Source of the DNA: an uncultured Verrucomicrobiae bacterium
GTDB lineage: Bacteria > Verrucomicrobiota > Verrucomicrobiia > Chthoniobacterales > JAFAMB01
Assembly (NCBI GenBank): GCA_963782115.1
Contig: CAWAIK010000001.1
Coordinates: 32,001-96,000 of the forward strand
Length of the DNA stretch: 64,000 bases
Direction: 5' to 3'
The position numbers and the translations under genes are program-made. This document shows positions 39,288-47,951 of the stretch, in pieces (positions within the stretch are counted from its first letter, which is position 1; every line of letters begins with the position of its first letter). Under the pieces are notes generated by a model that saw only the letters and a program-made list of their open reading frames with translations, did no database searches and was not told the DNA's origin.

Positions 39288-40793
39288 CTAATAGGAAAGC
39301 GACAGCAGATTCCAAGAGAGGGGGGTTAGGCGGGTATTGATGGTCTCCGGCCGCATGGCAAATTCCCGATGTTCGCCGGGTTGCACAGCGTCAGGTTTCA
39401 GTTCGGTATTCGTTGCGAGAAGATCGGCCCCGGAAATCTCCAGGGCCTCGCAAGTTTTGATTTGTGGGAAGCCTCGCAAATCAATGGTCAGGTCCACTGC
39501 GCCGGAGGTCTCTCGATTAAGCACGAAAAAAGCTATTTTTTGGTGAGCGGCGTCATGAACCGCAGACGCGACAAGGTGGTTGATCGTTCCCGCAGTTTTG
39601 GTTTCGCATTGCGTCGACTGAATCTTTGTCTGAAGGACGGTACCATGAGCATGCTGGGAGACCAGTTTGAAGGGATGAAAGATGGTCTGGCGCCAAGCCG
39701 CTCCGCCCGGCTCAGCAAAAATAGGTGCGATAACATTGACCAATTGGGCCAGGCACGCCGCTTTCACACGATCCGCGTTGTTTAGCAGCGTAATGAGAGC
39801 TCCTCCGACCATCAGCGCATCTTGCAGGTCGTAGACCTCTTCAATCAGGCGCGGCGCAATCGGCCATCCCGGCTTTGCACGATCCTCCTCTGCGCGTGCT
39901 TTGTACCAGACGTTCCATTCGTCAAAGGAGAGCCTGATCTTCTTAGCGGATCTTCGCTTTGCGGCAATCGCATCGCAGACGGCGACGGTTTCTTTAATGA
40001 AGCTGTTCATAATCTCGATGTTTGCCAAAAACTCCTGCACATCCCGGTGCGGGTTCTCATAGTACATGTGCAGGGAAAGAAAATCTGCGATATCAAAAGT
40101 GTGTTCCATGACCTCGTATTCCCATGCGCCGAACGTCGGCATGGAACGCCCGGAAGACCCGCATGCCGCAAGCTGGATTCCGGGATCTACCCACTGCATG
40201 ACTTTCGCAGCTTCTTTGGCAATCCGGCCATACTCGCTCGCGGTTTTTCCACAGATCTGCCATGGTCCATCCATTTCATTGCCGAGGCACCAGAACTTTA
40301 CCGCGTGCGGTTCTTTGTATCCGTGCATGGCTCTGAGGTCGCTCAGGCGTGTGCCTCCTGGGTGGTTGCAATACTCGAGATACTCTCGCGCCTCATCAGG
40401 ACCGCGCGTTCCCAGGTTCACCCCAAGCATTGGCTCCGTCTGGGCGAGCTTGCACCACTCAATAAATTCATTTGTTCCAAAGGCGTTCGTTTCCGTACTG
40501 AACCATGCGAGATCAAGCCGTTTAGGTCGTTCCTCAACCGGACCTACACCATCCTCCCAGTTGTAGCCCGACATGAAATTGCCTCCAGGGTAACGGATGA
40601 TCGTCGGACCGAGTTCTCGAACTAGCTCGAGTACGTCACCTCGAAATCCGTGCTTGTCGGCCGTGGGGTGGTCAGGCTCGAAAATGCCGGTGTAAACGCA
40701 CCGGCCTAAGTGCTCAACGAACGACCCGAACAGACGACGGTCCAATTGCGAAATGCAGAAATCGGCATCGACAATTATTTGGGCTTTATTCAT
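39288..40793 (-). CDS. abfA: GH51 alpha-L-arabinofuranosidase
   Basis: FVEHLGRCVY, RYPGGNF, WCLGNEMDGPWQ and SFDEWNVW motifs. Confidence 0.95.
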   Translation of the reverse strand: MNKAQIIVDADFCISQLDRRLFGSFVEHLGRCVYTGIFEPDHPTADKHGFRGDVLELVRELGPTIIRYPGGNFMSGYNWEDGVGPVEERPKRLDLAWFSTETNAFGTNEFIEWCKLAQTEPMLGVNLGTRGPDEAREYLEYCNHPGGTRLSDLRAMHGYKEPHAVKFWCLGNEMDGPWQICGKTASEYGRIAKEAAKVMQWVDPGIQLAACGSSGRSMPTFGAWEYEVMEHTFDIADFLSLHMYYENPHRDVQEFLANIEIMNSFIKETVAVCDAIAAKRRSAKKIRLSFDEWNVWYKARAEEDRAKPGWPIAPRLIEEVYDLQDALMVGGALITLLNNADRVKAACLAQLVNVIAPIFAEPGGAAWRQTIFHPFKLVSQHAHGTVLQTKIQSTQCETKTAGTINHLVASAVHDAAHQKIAFFVLNRETSGAVDLTIDLRGFPQIKTCEALEISGADLLATNTELKPDAVQPGEHREFAMRPETINTRLTPLSWNLLSLSY

Positions 40794-40879
40794 AGGAAAT
40801 GTAATTGGGTAAACGATTATGCAGCTTCGAGGGGGAACTCCGAAGATCCGAGTGACTGTATTTCTTGCTTATCTGTCGC

Positions 40880-41213
40880 CAAATGTCACGCCACGGTAGT
40901 CCTTGCCTCCCTGGGAGGGGCGGGCCATGCTGGAGCGATTTCCCCGAGCGCAGGCCCGCTGGCCCTGGTCAGTGACGTCGGACACCTTATTGCTGCGGCC
41001 CTTTGGCCGGGCGGCCTGGTGCCTCTTCTCTTTTTTCTTTACGCGGAAAGTCGAGCCGCGGACGGGGGAGATTGGAGTCTGGCCGCCCGAGTAACCCGGA
41101 GATTTTCCACTGTCAGTCTGCTTATCCGCAACGTGATCTGCGAAACTGGTCTGGCCGCCTGCCTCCTGCTGGTGGTTGGCTTTCTCGGTCTGACCCCGCC
41201 ACCAAGGCATTAA
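40880..41213 (+). pseudogene. CopD copper-resistance protein fragment
   Basis: GHAGA...HLIAAALWPGGL...RRFS joined directly to the C-terminal ETGL...LGLTPP; N-terminus and middle are missing. Confidence 0.65.
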
Positions 41214-41588
41214 ACCACTGCCAGAGATTCCGAGAGAAAAATTTTCACCCCCAGCAATTCCCGAGAGTGCCGCCGATGGCAGACTGGCTGTGAGAAGACT
41301 ACGCGGATAGCGTCACAATCCCGATATTCCTCAAGAGACATATTAACAATAGGAACCATATCTAAGCAACAGAGACGAATAAAGATAATTACATGTATTA
41401 TTAATAGGTTTATGGAGACATCATAGTTTAACGTTGTTTCTAGATTGCTTATTTGTGGAGATTCGAAAAAATGGGAAATCGCTCCTTGCCAAAACATCTC
41501 CAATCGTTCTAAACAGGACACATCGGCTGGTTTTGGATGGACCGACGCCAGATCGGTGTTTGTTCCTAAAGACTAACCCCCGGACTAT

Positions 41589-43199
41589 ATGACCTACTTT
41601 AAATCGTGTTTTGTAGGGGCCGCTGCGCTCCTCCTCATCATCGTTCATACTTACGGTGGGGAGACTAACGAAGGTCCAACACCATCTTGGACTCCAACAC
41701 CAACTTGGACTCCGACGCCGACGCCAACGCCAACGCCGAAGCCGCGAACGACGCCGACGCCAACGCCGAAGCCGCCAACGACGCCGACGCCAACGCCGAA
41801 GCCGCCAACGACGCCGACGCCAACGCCGAAGCCGCCAACGACGCCGACGCCAACGCCGAAGCCGCCAACGACGCCAACGCCAACGCCGAAGCCGCCAACG
41901 ACGCCAACGCCAACGCCGAAGCCGCCAACGACGCCGACGCCAACGCCGAAGCCGCCAACGACGCCAACGCCAACGCCGAAGCCGCCAACGACGCCGACGC
42001 CAACGCCGAAGCCGCCAACGCCTCCGCCGAAGCCGCCAACGCCTCCGCCGAAACCGCCAACGCCTCCGCCGAAGCCGCCAACGCCTCCGCCGAAGCCGCC
42101 AACGCCTCCGCCGAAGCCACCGACGCCTCCGCCGAAGCCACCGACGCCTCCGCCGAAGCCGCCAACGCCTCCGCCGACGACACCAACGACACCGACGACA
42201 CCGACGACACCAACCACACCAACCACACCGACGACACCAACGCCACCGACACCGTCCGGGTCCCCGAAACCGGCTGCGTCCCCGTCACCTTTGCCGACCC
42301 CATCGACATCAGCAGCGCCCGCACCTCGCCGATTATTTGCACCTGTCGAACAGCCGACGATCGACACTGCCAATGCGCTGACGAATTCAATTGAGCAACG
42401 CGCCGCCGAGATCCGCGATAGCGCTGAGGAAGCGCCCGCAAACCCTGGATTCAGCAAGGAAGGTTACAGCAAGGAAGGTTACAACAAGGACGGAAAGCAA
42501 GTCGTGGATCAAACCCCGCCGCCCGCCGTACAGCCAAAGCGTTGGGATGTTTGGGCCGTGGGAACCGGGTTGTTTGGCCACTATGACAACTTCGGCGATG
42601 GCCATTATTCAGCCGGTCAGTTCTCGATTGGACTTGACTACCGCGTAACGCCTCATTGGTTAGTCGGCGTTATAGCCGATTACACCTACACCACAGGCAC
42701 CTGGGACGGCCGGAATTTCAACGCCAACACTTTCAGGGGCGGACTTTATACCTCTGTGTGGAAGGGAGGTTGGTACGGAACTCTGGCCGGACTGATTGGC
42801 ACCACTGATTATCACGTCATAGGTGGTACCAGCGGAATGGACTACACCGGCTATGCCGGAACGGGGTACGCCTGGCGATTTGGTTCCTTCGAGATAGGGC
42901 CATGGGCCGGCCTCGAGTACGATTATGCGGACGGCTTTAGACCTTTGCGTGAGCTGGCGAGTCGCATAGGAGTCAGAGCGGCATTTCATGCCGGGAAGTG
43001 GACGCCCTACGTCCAGATTGGCTGGCAGCATGAATACTTGGATGACTGGACAGGCATAGATCGCAATTCCGCATGGGGATCCACCGGGGTGGCCTACCGG
43101 ATTAACGATGCGTTCAGCGTGTTCGCTGACTATTCAGGTTGGGTAGGACCAAATGATTGGGTTCAGCAAGTTGACGTAGGAGCGAGGTTCAGTTGGTAA
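41589..43199 (+). CDS. Pro/Thr-rich surface protein with autotransporter-like beta-barrel
   Basis: Signal peptide, a long Pro/Thr/Lys repeat stalk, amphipathic beta-strands (GLDYRVTPHWLVG, PYVQIGWQHEY) and the terminal ARFSW. Confidence 0.85.
   Translation: MTYFKSCFVGAAALLLIIVHTYGGETNEGPTPSWTPTPTWTPTPTPTPTPKPRTTPTPTPKPPTTPTPTPKPPTTPTPTPKPPTTPTPTPKPPTTPTPTPKPPTTPTPTPKPPTTPTPTPKPPTTPTPTPKPPTTPTPTPKPPTPPPKPPTPPPKPPTPPPKPPTPPPKPPTPPPKPPTPPPKPPTPPPKPPTPPPTTPTTPTTPTTPTTPTTPTTPTPPTPSGSPKPAASPSPLPTPSTSAAPAPRRLFAPVEQPTIDTANALTNSIEQRAAEIRDSAEEAPANPGFSKEGYSKEGYNKDGKQVVDQTPPPAVQPKRWDVWAVGTGLFGHYDNFGDGHYSAGQFSIGLDYRVTPHWLVGVIADYTYTTGTWDGRNFNANTFRGGLYTSVWKGGWYGTLAGLIGTTDYHVIGGTSGMDYTGYAGTGYAWRFGSFEIGPWAGLEYDYADGFRPLRELASRIGVRAAFHAGKWTPYVQIGWQHEYLDDWTGIDRNSAWGSTGVAYRINDAFSVFADYSGWVGPNDWVQQVDVGARFSW
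41721..42240 (+). repeat. Coding tandem repeats: 10 x 30 bp, 7 x 21 bp and about 7 x 9 bp
   Basis: TPTPTPKPPT units at 41721-42020, PPPKPPT units at 42021-42167, then TTP units. Confidence 0.95.
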
Positions 43200-43416
43200 T
43201 CGTAGGGCATTCTCTATAGATTTGTTTTCAAGGCGGTCCGAGCCGGACTGGCGGTAAAGCGCCCCTATCTGAGTCATACAGGTCGAGCGAGCAACGCGCG
43301 GAAAAACAGCCAACCGCCCCCGCCCGAAGGGTTGCGGTGAAAACCGGCGGGCTGCGTTGCTCGCCGGTCACCTAGCGATTCGGCTTTTAGGGCTTAACCG
43401 CCGGCCGGAGATGGTC

Positions 43417-43851
43417 TCAGAAAATCTGGAGCCCGAGGAATTTTCGAGGCTTCTGCCGATGGAACAGATTGAGCGATTCCAGCGGACGAGCGGCGCTCAC
43501 TTTCTTGAACGCCTGCTCCACAGTGGACCCGGTGGATTCCAGGCCTTGTTTGATCGGATCTGCAATCTTCGGCCCTTGTTCTCGGATCCAGGCCTGAGCA
43601 TCGTTGATGAATTCGTCGATTTTGCTTTGGCGGAGAATCAGCTCCTGGTAGTGGGAGACCGCGTAGCCGAGAGCGAATCCAACCGCTACGGCTGTGACGA
43701 CCACGGTCACATTCGCGCGGCTTTGCGGAGGGGCGATCGCCGATGGAACCACGGGCTCAGCCGGGTTGGTCGCTTCTCCTTCATTTGGGGGTCCCTCCTT
43801 GTGCTGCGCGGGTCTTGGTCCGAACGGTTGGATTTCCGGAAATTCGCTCAT
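43417..43851 (-). CDS. Hypothetical single-TM protein
   Basis: ATG at 43851 (MSEFPEIQ...), one TM helix and an amphipathic C-terminus. Confidence 0.6.
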   Translation of the reverse strand: MSEFPEIQPFGPRPAQHKEGPPNEGEATNPAEPVVPSAIAPPQSRANVTVVVTAVAVGFALGYAVSHYQELILRQSKIDEFINDAQAWIREQGPKIADPIKQGLESTGSTVEQAFKKVSAARPLESLNLFHRQKPRKFLGLQIF

Positions 43852-44046
43852 AGTTTTGCTCCTGGGGCTTAAGACGAAGAGTTTGAAAGCTCTCTTCAAA
43901 GTTCCAAAGTATACCCTTGGATGGGGCAACAGGAAAGGACCGGGTGCAATCGATTTAAGCTTTCGCCATCGGGGCCCGATAAGACAAGCAGGGCGCCAAA
44001 CGAGCGCGCCGGCGAAGCGGCCTGCAGGCATTCGCAAACAGATCTC

Positions 44047-44080
44047 AAAAAAAAGGCGCCGGCAGATGCGCGGCGCCTTT
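44047..44080 (-). terminator. Rho-independent terminator of the porin gene
   Basis: On the minus strand, a GGCGCCG...CGGCGCC stem followed by T8. Confidence 0.8.
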
Positions 44081-44113
44081 CAGGGCAATTTGAGTTGTGA
44101 ATTATAGTTTAGT

Positions 44114-45442
44114 CTAGAATTCCAGGACTAAGTCCAATCCCAATGTCCACTGGTCTTGCTTGGTATTCTGATTGAATGGCTTGAATCTGTCCGTTAGTGC
44201 CCTGTCATAACGGACCTCAGGGCGAATCAGTAGACCGGCGATCGGTTTCGGAAGAGGCGGTTTAATAGTCACACCCCCGGTAACTTCGAAGTAGGTCGTA
44301 GGCCCTCCCCCCAGGTTGCTGGGATCGAAAGGAAATTCTGGACGAAACACGTTATCTCCGCGCTCGAAGTGTATGAAGTCGTTATTTGCTCGAAACTGGG
44401 CGACATAAAATCCCGACGAATCCCGGAAAATCTCACCTCGCAGCCCTAGCTGTAGCCAATCGTTGACGGAATAGGTGAAATACTGCGCGCCCCCACCGCC
44501 CCACTTGCCGCCGTCCAGGGTGTCACAGATCAGATTCAAATCGGTGATGGCAGTCAAGCTCTTGGTGATCTTCCAGGTTGTGGTGATGTCGTTCAGATAA
44601 CGCCAATCGACATTATTGAGAGTGTTCTCCGGACCATCGTGGGTGAGTGCTACGACCGTTAGATTGCCATCCAGCAAATTCAGGCCAATCCCGCCTTCGA
44701 AGGCCACAGAGGAGTTGTTGTCGCTAAACGCCATATTCACTCCACGATTCACTCCGGCGTAAAGATCGAGGTATTTATTAACGTGGAGCGTGGTAAGAAC
44801 ACCCAGATCATTCAAAGGGACGCCGAAATTGAAGATATAGCTGTGGGAATAGAAAACGTTTTGACGCGGATCTATCGTTTCAGCCGACATCGGGTCTGCG
44901 TATTTTCCAAGCTTCAAGTCGAGGCCGTTCGTCGAGGGGATCGGAATGTGGGCGCTCGCATAAAGCTCGGGAATATCGGGCTGGGTGCGATCATTGGTGA
45001 CCAGATCAAGGAAGCCCACCGATTTGGTATATCGAGCGTCGCTTCCATACATCAACCATGCTTTAAATCCCCAGTCGAACCCGGTGGCATTCGGGTCCAG
45101 AGCTCGCTCGCCGACGACCGATAGCTGATTCAGGAGCGGCTCATTGGAGCGGTCAGTAAACAGATGACCGAAGTTGTGGTTGTCGATCGGCGCGTCCGGG
45201 TTGCCGGTGATGCCACCCTCGATCCAGCCGTAGATTTTGAATCGTGGTTCCGGCGGTTTCGGTTGCTCTACGACTTTCTTCGCTTCCTTTGACTCCTTAC
45301 CGTCAGAAGCATTGACGACCGCCGGACTTGGAGCCGGGGTGGCTTGCTGCCCGTAGCACAAGCCGGAAGATAGAGCATAAGCTGCAACAACGCTTGCAGG
45401 AACAAGCAGTCTGAAGAGTTTCATTTCTAATATTTGTTTCAT
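44114..45442 (-). CDS. Outer-membrane beta-barrel porin (BBP2/DUF1597-like)
   Basis: Signal peptide, YGSDARY, FYSHSYIFNFG, LIRPEVRYD and a terminal Phe. Confidence 0.85.
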   Translation of the reverse strand: MKQILEMKLFRLLVPASVVAAYALSSGLCYGQQATPAPSPAVVNASDGKESKEAKKVVEQPKPPEPRFKIYGWIEGGITGNPDAPIDNHNFGHLFTDRSNEPLLNQLSVVGERALDPNATGFDWGFKAWLMYGSDARYTKSVGFLDLVTNDRTQPDIPELYASAHIPIPSTNGLDLKLGKYADPMSAETIDPRQNVFYSHSYIFNFGVPLNDLGVLTTLHVNKYLDLYAGVNRGVNMAFSDNNSSVAFEGGIGLNLLDGNLTVVALTHDGPENTLNNVDWRYLNDITTTWKITKSLTAITDLNLICDTLDGGKWGGGGAQYFTYSVNDWLQLGLRGEIFRDSSGFYVAQFRANNDFIHFERGDNVFRPEFPFDPSNLGGGPTTYFEVTGGVTIKPPLPKPIAGLLIRPEVRYDRALTDRFKPFNQNTKQDQWTLGLDLVLEF

Positions 45443-45750
45443 GTTGTTGGCAAATTTCCGTTTCTGCCAAGGTTAAGGGGTATTCGGATTGGCGATCCGA
45501 ACACGAAGGCCGAGACATAGCATTTTTCGCGCCTATCGTCCGAAAATATAAAATCCTTGAAGGCGGTAAGTTCGACCCAAGTGACGCTGGCGAAGCGTCA
45601 TCGGGCGCTGAAGCCTTGCGGCGGCTCAACTGTATAAAATTCACACCAACGGGGTGCCGATTGGCTAAATTTTACCAGTAGCGATCCCGGCGGGCGCAGA
45701 AAGGGACCCGCCGGAAGGCGGTTAGCCTCTCAGTAGGCACCTTACAGCAA

Positions 45751-45798
45751 TGTACCGGTTAATGGTACAGCAGTGTACAAGTTGGCATGACAGCTGCT
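45751..45798 (+). promoter_or_regulatory. Putative sigma54 promoter with an adjacent palindrome
   Basis: TTGGCATGACAGCTGCT at 45782-45798 (GG-N10-GC) and TGTACC-N7-GGTACA at 45751-45769. Confidence 0.55.
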
Positions 45799-45851
45799 TG
45801 TGGCGGTACGGCCTTTTTAGGGTCATAAATCAAACCCAAAATACCACCCGC

Positions 45852-47693
45852 ATGTCCGAAAATGATCAACCTACAGCCAAGAAGACGCTTGGCTTAACCG
45901 GGTTAACCGTCAACGCCATGGCGCTCATTGCGCCCGGGGCGTTTCTCTGGTTGACCTTTGGCCCACAATGTCTCTACGGCCAACCTATGGCCGGAATTGC
46001 TATGTGGTTTGGCATCCTAGTTGCGCTGTTGCTCTGTTTTGCAACAGCCATCTCTTATGCCGAACTGTCGAAACTATATCCAGGTGCCGGTTCGTCGTAC
46101 TTCTTCGCCGAACAGGCTTTCCTATCGAAATCGAAGGTTTTTCGATTTGCCCGGATCGCCAAATTCGTGGTCGGATGGGCCAGCCATCTCTACTACTGGA
46201 TCTACCCCGGGGTGATGGTCGCCGTCACCGCGCTCCTGGTCGGATATCTTGCAGGACAACTGTTTCCGTCGATCTTTAACTCTGCGGTACCCAGTCCGCT
46301 GTTGATGATTTTGTTCTGCCTCGTCTTTCCGTTGTTCATTGGATACATTGCCTATAGTGGGGTCAATGCATCCACCGGAGTAAATCTTGCCGTCAACGTC
46401 ATCCAAATCTCCGCACTGATTGTTTTCACGGTGATCGCCATCGGCTATAGGCTCAATCATGGTGAAGGTTCCAAAGGCATTACTCTTAATCCAGACGGTG
46501 TTCCGGTCTCGAAAGTGATCGCGACGCAGACCGCCAAGGATGACAAAGGGAACGATGTCACGAACCCAGTGAAGGACAAGGACGGCAACTATGTCTTCGA
46601 AAAGAACCCTGATGGTACCGACAAGGATTTTACCCTGTCGTACGCGCCTGACCAGTGGCTCACCAAAGGGTCGGATCCCAAGAACCCGACGGATACGTTT
46701 CAGTTTCACCCTAGCGCTGCTTCTGTCATCGCGCCGCACGGGTTCAGTTTTGTCCTCGTTCAGGCGTGTGTCGCCATCCTGATTCTCGTCGGCTTCGAAT
46801 CCGTAACGTCGATGGGTGAAGAGGCTAAAAACGCCAAACGCGATATTCCGCGCGCGGTGCTCTTGTCCCTCGTCATTCAGGGAGCATTCTGCTACCTCTT
46901 TGAGTATTTTGGAGCGAACTTTTTCCTCAACAGCGGTTACACGATGCCGACCGCCTCGGCGTCACCGGCGCCCATTGGCGACATGATGCAGATTGTTGGG
47001 ACGTGGGTCTTCGGAAGCCCGCAAGCCGGTTGGTGGTTCATGTTTATCCAGGCAATCACCGTCTTTCTCGCGCTGATCGGGACCACTCTTGCCTGCATGA
47101 ATACGGGAGCGCGTGTCACCTTCGCGATGGGCCGCGACGACGAGCTTGCCGGCAACTTAGGAAAGCTCCACGGCAAGAATCTCACTCCACATGTGGCGGT
47201 TTGGACGCTCGCCATCATTTCGGTGATCGTTGGCATCTTCGGGATAGTGCTCTACTTCTGCGGCGGCGCAGCGGTGACCGACGATCAGATCAAAAGTTTG
47301 CCGCACAACATTTGGTATAGCTTTGGTATTTTCCCACATGATACCGCGGCAAATATTCCGCAGAGCCTGCTCATTATCACGCTGGCCAGCAACTTCGGGA
47401 CCTTCCTGCTCTACATGATGACCTGCATTATTGCGATCATTGCATTCCGAGAGCACCATATGTTTAATGGGTTCAAACATGTTGCCGTTCCAGTGTTCGG
47501 CCTTTTGGCGAATCTGCTCTGTATGCTCTTCTATCTTGTCGGACCCTTCTCAGTCGCAGGCATGAGCTGGAAAGAACCATACATAGCCCTGGGAATCGCT
47601 GCAGTCTGGGGCCTCTACGGTGTCTTCCACTTCTATACGTCGAGCAAGAAGAAAGCTAAGTCCGTCCTGGTTGAAGCTCCCAATCTGGCGTAG
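45852..47693 (+). CDS. APC-superfamily permease with a large extracytoplasmic insertion
   Basis: YAELSKLYPGAGSSY, GFESVTSMGEE and about 12 TM helices; ATG 45852 preferred. Confidence 0.9.
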   Translation: MSENDQPTAKKTLGLTGLTVNAMALIAPGAFLWLTFGPQCLYGQPMAGIAMWFGILVALLLCFATAISYAELSKLYPGAGSSYFFAEQAFLSKSKVFRFARIAKFVVGWASHLYYWIYPGVMVAVTALLVGYLAGQLFPSIFNSAVPSPLLMILFCLVFPLFIGYIAYSGVNASTGVNLAVNVIQISALIVFTVIAIGYRLNHGEGSKGITLNPDGVPVSKVIATQTAKDDKGNDVTNPVKDKDGNYVFEKNPDGTDKDFTLSYAPDQWLTKGSDPKNPTDTFQFHPSAASVIAPHGFSFVLVQACVAILILVGFESVTSMGEEAKNAKRDIPRAVLLSLVIQGAFCYLFEYFGANFFLNSGYTMPTASASPAPIGDMMQIVGTWVFGSPQAGWWFMFIQAITVFLALIGTTLACMNTGARVTFAMGRDDELAGNLGKLHGKNLTPHVAVWTLAIISVIVGIFGIVLYFCGGAAVTDDQIKSLPHNIWYSFGIFPHDTAANIPQSLLIITLASNFGTFLLYMMTCIIAIIAFREHHMFNGFKHVAVPVFGLLANLLCMLFYLVGPFSVAGMSWKEPYIALGIAAVWGLYGVFHFYTSSKKKAKSVLVEAPNLA

Positions 47694-47951
47694 TTCCTGC
47701 TAACTCTTTTCGTCGATGCGTCTTCCACATCGGTGGAAAGGCGCATCGCTTGGAAACCGTTCTTAGACCGGTTTCCGAGGCGAGAGATGTTCCGGTCCAG
47801 CCTCGACAGGACCTGGGGGAGATAGTCCCAGGAGTTGGGGGGCAGGCAAATTTTACGCTGCGAGGTTGCTGCCGGTCAGTTGGGTGGCGGCCACACTTTA
47901 ATCGGTGTGGCCGCATCCGCTTTATGGGCCGATAATGAGATTAAATTCTGG

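Noticed and set aside
41651..42457. Gly/Val-, Ala- and Arg-rich ORFs in other frames
   Set aside because: Artefacts of the stop-free tandem repeat inside the 41589-43199 gene
45600..45745. c-di-AMP (ydaO) riboswitch upstream of the APC permease
   Set aside because: Only scattered resemblance (GGGGTG, GTAG, one strong hairpin at ~45686-45714). Core conserved segments are missing and it lies upstream of the sigma54 motif. An Rfam scan would settle it
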